Origin: an uncultured Acidobacteriota bacterium
Lineage (GTDB): Bacteria; Acidobacteriota; Vicinamibacteria; Fen-336
Reading direction: 5' to 3'
NCBI GenBank assembly: GCA_963742595.1
Contig: CAVUMT010000001.1
Coordinates: 1,767,633 to 1,831,632, forward strand
DNA: 64,000 nt
Part shown: in pieces, positions 31,055-40,859 of the stretch
Layout of the letters: every line of letters begins with the position of its first letter
Position numbering within the stretch: position 1 is the first letter of the stretch
Program-made: the position numbers and the translations under genes
The notes under the pieces: model-generated
Told to the model about the DNA's origin: nothing
The model's database searches: none
The model's input: the letters and a program-made list of their open reading frames with translations, nothing else

Positions 31055-31125
31055 ATTGGCTAGCTCAGTGGCAGAGCACCGAGCCATTAACTCGGGGGTC
31101 GCAGGTTCAAATCCTGCTCCAAAGT
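31054..31125 (+). tRNA. tRNA-like gene with canonical D- and T-arms but unusual anticodon loop (ccATTaa) and imperfect acceptor stem; no CCA
   Basis: D-arm tagctcagtggcagagca. Anticodon stem ccgag/ctcgg. T-arm gcagg-ttcaaat-cctgc. Acceptor cattggc/tccaaag pairs at 5 of 7 positions. Possible pseudo-tRNA or att-site remnant. Confidence 0.35.
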
Positions 31126-31445
31126 CGTGAGTCGTGAGTGCGGTCTCCGGAGGGCGGCCGTCGTGATCCGCCGGCCGATCGCGGGCGCTCGTGAGGTCCG
31201 CGGACGGCAGCGCGCAGAGGCGTCCTGAAGCGCGCGGATACCGGCCCCGCCCAAACACCCCGATCCCCCGGGGCGCTGCGCGTGACGCTCGGTCGAGGTC
31301 GCGCGTGGCCCTCTCGGGTGACGGGTGGATTCGGCGGGGCCTCAAGTCGCGCTCCATGCCCGAGGCGTGGCGGCCGACGTCCCGCCCTTCGGGGACCATC
31401 TTGTCGTCAGGCAGGCGATTGGATAGCGAGAAAGAGAGGTGCCCA

Positions 31446-32555
31446 TTGTGGGTTCTATTCCGTCGTTTCAAGGTTCGTGAGAACGAGCGCGGTCTCCTGT
31501 TCAAGGACCGCGATTTCCAGCGTGTCCTCGGTCCCGGCCGCCGCTTCGTCTGGGACCCCCTGCTGAACGTCCATGCCGACGTCGTGTCGGTGCGCGACGT
31601 GTGGCTCGACCACCGTGACCTGGAAGTGATCGTCCGCTCGGGCGCGCTCGAGGGAGAGGCGAAGGTCCTCGACCTCAAGGACCACGAGCGTGCCGTGGTG
31701 TGGGTGGACGGCCGCGTGGAGGCGGTCCTCAAGGCGGGCCTCTACGCGCTCTGGACGGTCTTCCACGACGTGCGGGTCGAGGTCTTCGACGCCCGCACGG
31801 TCCGCTTCGAGCACCCCGACCTCGCGGTCATCACCCAGGCGCGGAACGCACAGGCGCTCCTGGAGGCGGTGACCGTGGAGGCGGGCCACGCCGGTCTCTT
31901 CTTCAAGGACGGACGCCACGAGGCAACGCTCGCCTCGGGCGCCCACGCCTTCTGGAAGGGCTTCGGCAAGGCCCGCATCCTCGACGTGGACCTCCGCGAG
32001 CAGGTCGTGGACGTGGCCGGCCAGGAGATCATGACCGCGGACAAGGTGACGCTGCGCCTGAACGCGGTCGTGACCTTCAAGGTCGCGGATCCCCTGAAGG
32101 CCGTGAGCGCGGTGGAGGACTACCGTCAGGCCCTCTACCGCGAGGCGCAGCTCGCGCTGCGGGGCGTCGTGGGCACGCGCGTGCTCGACGCGCTCCTGGG
32201 CGACAAGGACGCGGTCGCCCGCGAGCTCGACGGCCTCGTCCGCGGCCGAGTGGCCGGCTTCGGTGTCGAGGTCGTGGCCCTCGGCATCCGCGACGTCATC
32301 CTTCCCGGCGAGATGAAGGACCTCATGAACAAGGTGACCGAGGCCCAGAAGGCGGCCGAGGCCGCCCTCATCACGCGCCGCGAGGAGACGGCGGCCATGC
32401 GATCGCAGGCCAACACCGCGAAGATCCTCGAGTCGAGCCCCACCCTGATGCGTCTGCGTGAGCTCGAGGTCCTCGAGAAGGTCGCGGAGAAGGCCAACCT
32501 GACGGTCGTCCTCGGCGAGAAGGGTCTCGCCGATCGTGTCGTCAAGCTGCTCTGA
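31446..32555 (+). CDS. SPFH/band 7 (stomatin-like) domain protein
   Basis: TTG start preceded by GAGAGG. ...FRRFKVRENERGLLFKDRDF..., two band-7 repeats, C-terminal coiled region. The ORF-track extension upstream to 31191 has no start codon support. Confidence 0.7.
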   Translation: MWVLFRRFKVRENERGLLFKDRDFQRVLGPGRRFVWDPLLNVHADVVSVRDVWLDHRDLEVIVRSGALEGEAKVLDLKDHERAVVWVDGRVEAVLKAGLYALWTVFHDVRVEVFDARTVRFEHPDLAVITQARNAQALLEAVTVEAGHAGLFFKDGRHEATLASGAHAFWKGFGKARILDVDLREQVVDVAGQEIMTADKVTLRLNAVVTFKVADPLKAVSAVEDYRQALYREAQLALRGVVGTRVLDALLGDKDAVARELDGLVRGRVAGFGVEVVALGIRDVILPGEMKDLMNKVTEAQKAAEAALITRREETAAMRSQANTAKILESSPTLMRLRELEVLEKVAEKANLTVVLGEKGLADRVVKLL

Positions 32556-32569
32556 GACGTGTCTCGCGT

Positions 32570-32602
32570 GGAGGGCGGCGGCGGCGAAGGCCGCCGCCCT
32601 CC
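32570..32602. terminator. GC-rich 13-bp hairpin between convergent genes (no U-tract)
   Basis: ggagggcggcggc-ggcgaag-gccgccgccctcc between the SPFH stop (32555) and the PQQ-propeller stop (32614). Confidence 0.4.
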
Positions 32603-32613
32603 GGCGGGAAGAA

Positions 32614-33849
32614 CTAGCCGTCGATCTCCACCGCTGCGATCTCCTCTTCGTTCCTCACGAAGATGCGGCCCCCCGCGAAGCTGGGAGGTGTCTCGCACGA
32701 GGGGCCGCGGCCCAGCACCTCGAGCCGCGCTTTCTCCCGGTACCCCGCCGGCGTCGCTTCCACCACTCGGACGATGCCGGACACCGTGCCCACCGTCACG
32801 AGGTGGCCGTCCACGAGGATCAGCGAGCCCGGGTACGTCTTCTCCGTCCACACGACGCGCCCACTCGCCGCCTCCACGCAGATGAGGTCGTCCCCTCCGA
32901 AGCCGTAGAGGTGCCCCTTGTAGTGGACGGGCGGGCTCACGCGCGACTTCAATCCGGCGGCCACCCAGACCGGCTGGGCCTCCAGCTTCCCCTCGCGGCC
33001 CGCGAGTCGCACGAGCTTGGCGTCGTTCCAGCTCAGGAGCAGCACGCGGTCGTCGGGCAGGGCCACCGGCGTCTCCCACGAGGCTTCCTTCTCGAATGTC
33101 GTGCTCCAGAGCGGCGTCCCATCCGAGAGCTTGAGCCCGGTGAGCCCGCTCGCGGCGGGGGGACCCGGACGGATGTGGTGCACCAGCAGGTGGCGGACGC
33201 CGGCGAGATCCGCGGGAACGGGAGAGGCGTAGCTGACGCGCTCCGAGCCCTTGAACGACCAGACGAGCTCGCCAGTCGCCGCGTCGAGGCCGACCACCCG
33301 ATGGTCGTCCTTTCCCGCGGCCTGCACGACGAGCCGGCCCCCCTCGACGAACGGGGAGTTCAGGCAGCCCAGCCGCAGCTGGTTGCCGAACTTGGCCTTG
33401 ACGTCGACCGCCCAGGCGACCTTGCCCGTCTCCGTGTCGAGAGCTCGCAGCTGGCAGGCCGTGCTCAGCGTGAAGACGCGCCCGCCCGCGACGGCGGGGG
33501 TGCTCGCGGGCCCTATGCCCTCCGCGTTGGCGAGGGGATCGAGCTTGACGCGCCACTTCTCCTTGCCGTCCTTCGAGTCGACGGCGAGCGCGTACTCGGC
33601 CTCGTCGTCGGCCTCCAGGGTGTAGAGGGAGCTCCCGACCACGGCCAGCCCCGAGCGTCCTCCGTCGATCTCGTGGCGCCAGGCCTTCTTCAGCCCGAGC
33701 GAGGGCCGTCCCGAGAAGACGCCCGTCTCCGAGGAGAGGCCGTCGTGGGTGGGGCCGAGCCATTGCGGCCAGTCGCTGCCGGGAGAGGAGGCGAGGGCTC
33801 CCGCCGCGGCGAGGGCCAGGGTGAAGACGACGGCCGCGAGGCGTTTCAT
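32614..33849 (-). CDS. secreted PQQ-like beta-propeller repeat protein (BamB/quinoprotein-like), paralog 2
   Basis: Signal MKRLAAVVFTLALAAAGALA. Repeated ...LYAL/GxVxW... blades. Its ATG overlaps the upstream paralog stop (ATGA). Confidence 0.7.
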   Translation of the reverse strand: MKRLAAVVFTLALAAAGALASSPGSDWPQWLGPTHDGLSSETGVFSGRPSLGLKKAWRHEIDGGRSGLAVVGSSLYTLEADDEAEYALAVDSKDGKEKWRVKLDPLANAEGIGPASTPAVAGGRVFTLSTACQLRALDTETGKVAWAVDVKAKFGNQLRLGCLNSPFVEGGRLVVQAAGKDDHRVVGLDAATGELVWSFKGSERVSYASPVPADLAGVRHLLVHHIRPGPPAASGLTGLKLSDGTPLWSTTFEKEASWETPVALPDDRVLLLSWNDAKLVRLAGREGKLEAQPVWVAAGLKSRVSPPVHYKGHLYGFGGDDLICVEAASGRVVWTEKTYPGSLILVDGHLVTVGTVSGIVRVVEATPAGYREKARLEVLGRGPSCETPPSFAGGRIFVRNEEEIAAVEIDG

Positions 33850-35078
33850 GGAACCTCCAGGGCCACGATCTCCTCGACGTTCCGCAGGAAGAGCTTCCCC
33901 CCCGCGAAGGTCGGTCCCGTCGAGGAGGTGGCGCCCGCGTTGAAGACCGGCACGCGAAGCCTCTCGCGGTAGCCGTCCGGCGAGGCCTCGGCCACCCGCA
34001 CGTCCCCCGACTCCGCGCCAAGGATGACGAGGTGCCCGTCCACGAGGATGAGCGAGCCCGGGTAGACCTTCTGCCGCCATCGTACGTCCGCGGACGCGGG
34101 ATCGAGGCAGACGAGGTACCCCGAGTTCAGGCCGAACAGGTGCCCGCGGTGAAACACGGTGGGGCTGAAGCTCGACTTGAGCCGCGGCGACCGCCAAAGC
34201 TCGGCCACGGAGAAGACGCCGTCCTTGGCCGAGACCTTGACGAGCTTCGCTTCCTCCCACGAGGGGAGGAGCACGCGGTCGTCGCCCAGCAGCAGCGGAG
34301 ACCGCGACGCCTCCCCCTGGGCACCCGTGGGATGGCTCCAGAGCAAAGCGCCGTCCTCGGGCTTCACGCCGTAGAGCAGGTCGTTGCCGTGAACGATCAC
34401 CTGCTCCTTCCCCGCGAGCGTGCCGAGCACCGGGCTCGCGTAGGTCGCCCCCTTCGAGTGGGCCACGGACCAGAGGAGCGCGCCGCTCTTGGCGTCCAGC
34501 GCGAGGAGCGGACGTTTGTCCCCGCCCGCCTGGACGATGACGCGGTCTGCCACCACGAGGGGCGAGGTGGCGAAGCCGTACGAGGGCTCCGCCGCTCCGT
34601 CCTCCGCCTTGAGATCGCGTTGCCACAGCTTCTTGCCGGAAGGCCCCTCGAGGGCAAAGAGGACGCCGTGGGCGCTGACGAGGAAGACGCGCTCTCCCGT
34701 CACCGCGGGAGTGGAGATCGGCCCGTCGCGCGATCCGTCGTGCCCGCGGTAGGTGGGACCGAGGGGCGTCCGCCAGACCTCGCGCCCGGTCGCGACGTCG
34801 AACGCGACGGCGTTGTCCTCCTTCCCGTCGGACTCTCCCGTGTACCCGCGCCCCGCCACCACGGAGATGCCAGAGAAGCCGCTCCCTATGGAGCGCCGCC
34901 AGAGCTCGCGGGCCTTGGGGGCCTCGCCCCGCGCGACGTGTCCCTCTCCCTGGAACCGCGCGTCGCCCTGGGGTCCCCAGAGGCGCGGCCAGTCCTCGTC
35001 GGTGCCCGCCCACGCGGACGAGGACACCACGATCAGCCCCGCGAGCGCGAGCACACCGCGGCCTCGCACATCGATCAT
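33846..35078 (-). CDS. secreted PQQ-like beta-propeller repeat protein, paralog 1
   Basis: Signal peptide; same blade architecture as the downstream paralog (e.g. VYPGSLILVDGHLV conserved in both). Confidence 0.7.
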   Translation of the reverse strand: MIDVRGRGVLALAGLIVVSSSAWAGTDEDWPRLWGPQGDARFQGEGHVARGEAPKARELWRRSIGSGFSGISVVAGRGYTGESDGKEDNAVAFDVATGREVWRTPLGPTYRGHDGSRDGPISTPAVTGERVFLVSAHGVLFALEGPSGKKLWQRDLKAEDGAAEPSYGFATSPLVVADRVIVQAGGDKRPLLALDAKSGALLWSVAHSKGATYASPVLGTLAGKEQVIVHGNDLLYGVKPEDGALLWSHPTGAQGEASRSPLLLGDDRVLLPSWEEAKLVKVSAKDGVFSVAELWRSPRLKSSFSPTVFHRGHLFGLNSGYLVCLDPASADVRWRQKVYPGSLILVDGHLVILGAESGDVRVAEASPDGYRERLRVPVFNAGATSSTGPTFAGGKLFLRNVEEIVALEVP

Positions 35079-35199
35079 CTGTCCACCCTCCGCCCCTCGT
35101 GTGTCTGGCGGATAACTTACGGGCGGGCGGCCTCGAACACAATGCCCCCGCCACGGCTTGTCAACTTTTGACGACGTCGTCCAGACGAGTGGACGCGGC

Positions 35200-35628
35200 T
35201 CAAGGAGCGGGCGAGGGGGCGGGCGGCGCTGCCGCCGCCGGTGCGCGCTCGACGCACCCGGGTGCGAACGTGGACCACGCGTGCACTTCCGCGGAGAACG
35301 TCCCCGCCGCCACGGAAGCGTCGCGGTCGATCTGTGCCCGTGCCTCCGCCTCGTCCTGGGCTTCGATGAGGACGAACCCGTACTCGCCGAACCGGCCCCC
35401 CAGCTTCAGGCGCCCCTCGCTGCGCATCCGGCCGATGTTCTGCGAGTGCTCCTTGAAGTTCTTCTGCTGGGGTGGGGCGAGCGCCTTGTCCCAGGTCGGC
35501 CCCGTCTTGAAGACGACCGCGAACAGCCGCGGTGCGGGAGCCGCGGGGGTGGGAGCCTGCGGACGCGCCACCGCCGGCGCCATGGCCGCGAGGAGCACGA
35601 CGAGAGCCGAAGTGCCCGCACTCTTCAC
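35200..35628 (-). CDS. secreted YciI-like / Dabb-type small protein
   Basis: GTG start overlapping the peptidase stop (TTGTGAAG). Signal VKSAGTSALVVLLAAMAPAVA. ...GRLKLGGRFGEYGFVLIEAQDEAEARAQIDRD... Confidence 0.5.
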   Translation of the reverse strand: MKSAGTSALVVLLAAMAPAVARPQAPTPAAPAPRLFAVVFKTGPTWDKALAPPQQKNFKEHSQNIGRMRSEGRLKLGGRFGEYGFVLIEAQDEAEARAQIDRDASVAAGTFSAEVHAWSTFAPGCVERAPAAAAPPAPSPAP

Positions 35629-37670
35629 AATCCACCTCCGGGAGCGAACTCCTTCAGCCAATCGCGCACGGCCCCGTACCAGAAGATCGAGTTCTGCGGC
35701 TTCAAGACCCAGTGGTTCTCGTCGGGATAGTGGACGAGCCGGCTCTTCACCCCGCGGCTTCTGCAGCGTGTTGAAGAGCTCCAGCCCGTTGTTGTCGGGG
35801 ACGCGGTAGTCGCGGGCGCCGTGGATCACGAGCGTCGGCGTCTTGAAGTTCGCGGCCGCGAAATGCGGCGAGTTCGCCTGGAACCGCTGGGGGTCCTTCC
35901 AGAAGTCGCCGTGACGCTGGTTCCACACCGCCCCGCACGTCCGCGCCGTATTGCGCGAAGAGGTCGTAGACGGCGGCGTGGGCGACGAGCGCCTGGAAGG
36001 GATGCTCGCGCCCGAGGAGCACGGTCGTCAGGTAGCCGCCGTAGCTTCCCCCGCCCGCGACCATCCGCTTCGCGTCCACCCACGGCTTGTCGGCGAGGAA
36101 CTTCGCCGCGGCCACGACGTCCTGGTAAGGCTTGTCCGCCCAGTCCCGCGAGATCGAGTCCGCGAAGGCCTGGCCGAATCCCGAAGAGCCGTGGAAGTTC
36201 GGCCAGGCCGTGACGTAGCCCCATCCGGAGAACACCTGCGCGTTCCAGCGGAAGGTGTACGCGTCCAGCCAGCCGTTGTGGGGGCCGCCGTGGATCAGCG
36301 AGGAAAACGGGGTAGCGGCGGCTCGGGTCGAAGCCGGGCGGATAGTTCACCCACATCTGGATGTCCGCTCCGTCTGCGCCCTTGTAGGTCACGCTCTCGT
36401 AGCTGCCGGTGGCGACGTTGTCGAAGAGCGTGTCGTTGAACGCCGAGAGCTTGCGCGCGGCCCCGGAGCGCGGATCGAGGCGGACGAGCGTCGGGGGCTC
36501 CTGGAGGCTCTGCCGGAGGGCGACGAGCGTCTTCCCGTCGCGCGAGAAGGCGAGATCGGAGTAGCTGCGCTCGCGGGTGATCGGCGTGGGCCGCTCCCCC
36601 GCCACGTCGATCCGGTAGACCCTCTGCGTCCCCCCGTCCTCGACCGCCCCGTAGAGCGACTGGCTGTCCGGCGCCCACACGAGCCCGCCCGCCGAGCGGT
36701 CCCATTTCTCGGCGATGAGCTTGCTCGTCCCCGCCTTGCGGTCGTGCAGGACGACGCGCACGCGGTCGCCGGAGAAGCCCTTGATCGTCTGGCGTCCGAA
36801 GGCGAGATAGCGCCCGTCCGGGCTGTAGAGGGGACCCGCGTCGCTTCCCGGATTGTCGGACGAGAGGTTCCGGGCCGTTCCTCCGGCGCTCGGGACAACG
36901 AACACGTCGACGTTCGAGTCCGTGCCCTTCGAGTCGAGGTCGGAGGCGAACGCGATCTCCGCGCCGTCCGGCGAGATGTCGTAGGACGAAGCCGTGACCT
37001 CGTTGCGCGAGAGCGGGTGGCCGGTGCCCAGGGTGACGGACACGGGATCGCCTCCCTCGATCGCCACCGTGTAGACGTGGGCTTCCCGGTCGTCGAGCCA
37101 GCGGTCCCAGTAGCGCACGCGCGCGTCGTCGAAGACGCGCGCGCTCATCTTGGCGTCCTTGCGCTCCTTCTGCCGCTGGCCCATCTCGTCCCACGTCTTG
37201 AGGTCGGGGAAGACGCGGCTCACGAACGTCAGACGCTTCCCGTCCGGAAACCATTTGGCGACGGAGGCCCCGGTGGGCACCTTCGTGAGGCGCCGCGCCT
37301 CGCCCCCGCTCGAGGAGATGAGGTAGATCTGGGGGTTCTCGTCGTCCCCGCGCTTGCTCTCGAAGGCGATCCATTTCCCGTCGGGGCTCCACGCCGGCCC
37401 GCTGTCGCCCGCCTCGTGGCTGGTGAGGGCCCTCGCCTCGCCGCTCTCCGTGGAAAGGAGCCAGATATCCGACGGCATCTTGTCCTGCTTGACGTCAGGG
37501 GTGGTGACCGACACGGCGGTCCACCGCCCGTCGGGAGAGACCGTGGGCGCCCCCACGCGCTTGATCTCCCAGAGCGTTTCCGCGGTCAGCGGACGGCGTT
37601 CGGCGCCCGTCTGGGCGACCGACGGCAGTGCCACGCCGAACATCAAGGAAATGAACGCGAAGAGTCGCAT
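35625..37670 (-). CDS. S9 family serine peptidase (prolyl oligopeptidase / acylaminoacyl-peptidase-like) with N-terminal beta-propeller; 3 or more frameshifts
   Basis: Signal MRLFAFISLMFGVALPSVAQ. Propeller repeats (SPDGKWIAF, FPDGKRLTF, SPDGRYLAF). Catalytic Ser GGSYGGY. C-terminal TPTLVIHGARDYRVP...HYPDENHWVLKPQNSIFWY recovered in a shifted frame. Confidence 0.75.
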
Positions 37671-37791
37671 CCCGCCTCCCGAAGAGAAGCGCAAAGGGTA
37701 CAGGAAGGCGCTCCCGGACGGAAGTGCCCGGCCCGCCACGGGTTTGCGCGGCGGACGCGAGGGGCCTAGAATCACCGTGCGGAGGAAGCCG

Positions 37792-38358
37792 ATGATGCGA
37801 TTCGTGCGCAGAGGCGTGCTCGTCGTTGCGATCGGCGGCGCGTTCTTTCTTCCGGGCTGCGACGACGAGGTGGCACCCCCCACGCCGCTTCCCACTCCGG
37901 TGCCCAGCGTACGGGCGGTCGTTTACTCGACCGCGGACCAGCCGTCGCAGCCGTTCACGAACTTTCAGCCCGGCCAGCTGTACTATGTCCCCATCCCCCT
38001 CGGCCAGCCAGGCCGCCTCGACTTCACGCTGGACTGGACGTTTCCCAATACCTACATGCTCATGGCTTTCGGTACCCAGCTCTGCAGCTTCGAGGATCTC
38101 GACGCCGGCAGGTGCCCTTTCATCGTTAGAACGGAGGGCAGCACGCCGAAGCCCCGGGTGATGACCACGACGGCCTTGCCCACCGGAACCTACTATCTCT
38201 ATCTGTATAGCCAGCCGTGGGACCCGAGGCTGGGCTACGGCAACGACGCGATCGAATCGCTCGCGTTGACGATCGGCCTGACCGTAGGTCCGGCCGTCAC
38301 GTCGCAGACGATTCCGATCGAGCCCATCCGGCTCCAGCCCCGGTTCATCGGCCAGTGA
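37792..38358 (+). CDS. lipoprotein of unknown function
   Basis: GGAGGA SD 8 nt upstream. MMRFVRRGVLVVAIGGAFFLPGC lipobox. 188 aa. Confidence 0.6.
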   Translation: MMRFVRRGVLVVAIGGAFFLPGCDDEVAPPTPLPTPVPSVRAVVYSTADQPSQPFTNFQPGQLYYVPIPLGQPGRLDFTLDWTFPNTYMLMAFGTQLCSFEDLDAGRCPFIVRTEGSTPKPRVMTTTALPTGTYYLYLYSQPWDPRLGYGNDAIESLALTIGLTVGPAVTSQTIPIEPIRLQPRFIGQ

Positions 38359-40322
38359 GCCGCGGCCCCGCCAGGGGCCGCGCGGCCATCCGATTGGAGC
38401 GGGCCTTCCGAACACTCTCCCTCCTCGCCACCCTCGTCGTGTCCGCCGCCGCCACCGTGCGCGCCCAGTCCTGGGCGCCCGTGGGGCCTTTCGGGGGCGA
38501 CGTGCGCTCGCTCGTCACCGCCCCGCAGGACCCGCGCGTCGTCTACCTCGGGACCGCGAGCGGCAGCGTTTACCGCTCCGAGGACTCGGCGCTCCACTGG
38601 CGCCGTGCCCAGCCGGGCTTCCCCCTCCGGGACGCGAGCATCGACGACATCGTGGTGGACCCCGCGGGCGTCCTGTACGCCGGGTACTGGGAGATCCACG
38701 GGGCGGGCGGGGGGGTGGCGCGGAGCGAGGACGGCGGGCGGACCTTCACGGTGCTGCCCGGGATCGCGGGCCAGGCCGTGCGGTCGCTCGCCCTCGCCCC
38801 CTCCAACCCCCGGGTCCTCGTCGCAGGCACCCTCACCGGCGTCTTCCGCACGCGGGACGCCGGCCAGACGTGGGAGCGAATCAGCCCGGAGGGCGACGTC
38901 GAGATCCGTAACGTCAACTCGGTGGCCATCGACCCCGCCGATGCGGAGACGATCTACGTCGGGACCTGGCACCTTCCCTGGAAGACGCGCGACGGGGGGG
39001 GCTCCTGGCGCTCGATCCACGTGGGCATCATCGACGACTCCGACATCATGACCCTCACCCTCGACCGCCGCCTGCCCGACGTCCTCTACGCCACCGCGTG
39101 CAGCGGCATCTACCGCAGCCGCGACGCGGCCCAGCGCTGGACCAAGGTCCGCGGCATCCCCTCGAGCAGCCGTCGCACCCGCGCCTTCGCGCTCCACCCG
39201 CTCCGCACGGACACGCTCTACGCGGGCACCACCGAGGGCTTCTGGAGCAGCGAGGACGGAGGGACGTCGTGGCGGCTCCGGACCGACCGCCGCCTGGTGG
39301 TGAACGCCGTCCTCGTCCTCCCCGACGGGACGCTGCTCCTCGGGGCGGACGGGGCCGGCGTCCTTCGCAGCTCGAGCGGCGGCGCGGCCTGGGCGCCGTC
39401 CAACCTCGGATTCTCCGAGCGGTTCGTGTCCCGCGTCCTCTTCGATCCCGCGAGCGGGAGGGTCCTCGCCGGCATCCTGGGCGATCGGCAGTTCGGAGGC
39501 GTCTTCGCCGCTCCCCGCCCCGAAGGGCCCTGGAACCGCGTGGCCTCGGGTCTCGAAGGGCGCGAGGTGCTCTCGCTCGCGCTCGCCGGCCCCTCCCTGC
39601 TCGCGGGGACGGACGACGGCCTCTTTCTCGCGGCGCCCGGCGAGCCGTGGCGGCGCCTGCCCACGCTCGTGAACGGCGTCGACACGCACCCCAGGGTCGT
39701 GGACGTGGTGGCGGTGTCCGACCGCTCCTTCCTCGCGGCTTCGCCAAACGGCGTGCTGCGCTCGGTGGACGGGGGCAACCGATGGGAGCGGAAGTCGCTC
39801 GACGTGGGAGGACCGGTGCTCGCCCTGGGGGGCGCCCTCACCGACCGGCGCCGGGTCATGGCCGTGACCTCGCTCGCGTTCTACGTCAGTCCCGACGGCG
39901 GGGGCTCCTGGGAGATCACGGCGGAGGCTTCGAAGCAGATCCGGGTCCACGCACTCGCCTTCCTGCCCGGCGACGACAGCGTGGTATTCGCGGCCACTGC
40001 CGGCGGATTGCTCAAGTCGTCGGACCAGGGCCGAACCTGGCAGCCTCGCGGCGGAGGCCTGCCCCAGCTGGACATCACAGGATTGGCCTTGCACCCCGAC
40101 GGGCGCACGCTCGCCGCGAGCGACTACAGCACGGGCGGCCTCTGGCGAAGCGTCGACGCCGGCGACACCTGGACCGCCTTCCCCACCGAGGGGCTCGTCT
40201 CCAAGCGCGTGTGGACCCTGGCCCTCGATCCCGGAGTCCCCTGGCGACCGGTCGCCGCTCCCAGCGCCGGGGGGCTCCACTCCTGGCGGGCCGCGGAGGA
40301 GGCCGCTCCGGGCGCTCAATAG
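38355..40322 (+). CDS. secreted BNR/Asp-box repeat beta-propeller protein (sialidase-like / Ycf48-like glycosyl-hydrolase fold)
   Basis: GTG start overlapping the upstream stop (GTGA); alternative TTG at 38394. Signal ...LSLLATLVVSAAATVRAQS. Multiple SxDxGxTW Asp-box motifs (SEDGGRTF, TRDAGQTW, SRDAAQRW, SEDGGTSW, SVDGGNRW, SPDGGGSW, SSDQGRTW, SVDAGDTW). Confidence 0.75.
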   Translation: MSRGPARGRAAIRLERAFRTLSLLATLVVSAAATVRAQSWAPVGPFGGDVRSLVTAPQDPRVVYLGTASGSVYRSEDSALHWRRAQPGFPLRDASIDDIVVDPAGVLYAGYWEIHGAGGGVARSEDGGRTFTVLPGIAGQAVRSLALAPSNPRVLVAGTLTGVFRTRDAGQTWERISPEGDVEIRNVNSVAIDPADAETIYVGTWHLPWKTRDGGGSWRSIHVGIIDDSDIMTLTLDRRLPDVLYATACSGIYRSRDAAQRWTKVRGIPSSSRRTRAFALHPLRTDTLYAGTTEGFWSSEDGGTSWRLRTDRRLVVNAVLVLPDGTLLLGADGAGVLRSSSGGAAWAPSNLGFSERFVSRVLFDPASGRVLAGILGDRQFGGVFAAPRPEGPWNRVASGLEGREVLSLALAGPSLLAGTDDGLFLAAPGEPWRRLPTLVNGVDTHPRVVDVVAVSDRSFLAASPNGVLRSVDGGNRWERKSLDVGGPVLALGGALTDRRRVMAVTSLAFYVSPDGGGSWEITAEASKQIRVHALAFLPGDDSVVFAATAGGLLKSSDQGRTWQPRGGGLPQLDITGLALHPDGRTLAASDYSTGGLWRSVDAGDTWTAFPTEGLVSKRVWTLALDPGVPWRPVAAPSAGGLHSWRAAEEAAPGAQ

Positions 40323-40469
40323 TGGCGTTGTGACCGGCATCACCGGCGACCCACCGCGACTGAGCTTGACTAGACGGGGCTTCTTGCCCTTACCCTAGTG
40401 TCAGGTCGGCCGGTCCCAGGAGGGACGGCAGGGCCGCCCCGAACCCCCCGAACCTAAGGAGCCAAGGCC

Positions 40470-40835
40470 ATGCTTCTCTCCAGCCTCGTCCTCGCCTCCG
40501 CGCTCGTCGCCGCGCAAGAGCCCGCCCCCATGACGGCCCCGCCCCCCCAGGACCCTTCTGCGAGCGCCGCCACCGGCGGCGGACAATCCAGCATCGACGC
40601 CGGCCTCGCCGCCTTCAAGAAACGCCGCTTCTCCAAGGCCGAGGCCGAGTTCCAAAAGGCGGTCGCGGCCGACCCGTCGAGCGCGGCCGCGAACTTCTAT
40701 CTCGGCTACACCTACTACAAGATCGCGGAGCCCCGCCGCCGCGACTCCGCGGGCAAGCAGAAAGCGCTCGAGTACTTCGACAAGGCCTTCGAGCTCGACC
40801 CTTCGTTCACGCCGGTCTGGCAGAGCCGCAAGTAG
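40470..40835 (+). CDS. small secreted TPR-like protein
   Basis: AAGGAG SD. Signal MLLSSLVLASALVAAQ. ...EFQKAVAADPSSAAANFYLGYTYYKIAEP... TPR-like helix pair. 121 aa. Confidence 0.55.
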   Translation: MLLSSLVLASALVAAQEPAPMTAPPPQDPSASAATGGGQSSIDAGLAAFKKRRFSKAEAEFQKAVAADPSSAAANFYLGYTYYKIAEPRRRDSAGKQKALEYFDKAFELDPSFTPVWQSRK

Positions 40836-40859
40836 CGGGCTAGGGCAGGAATTTCCCGA

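Noticed and set aside
31008-31137. Strong Shine-Dalgarno AAGGAGGTG followed 10 nt later by ATG (31027), a 36-aa ORF
   Set aside because: The ORF runs straight through a tRNA 3' fragment and the D-arm of the following tRNA-like gene, so the coding potential is implausible. Recorded as a possible chance anti-SD match, or an RNA element, rather than a gene.
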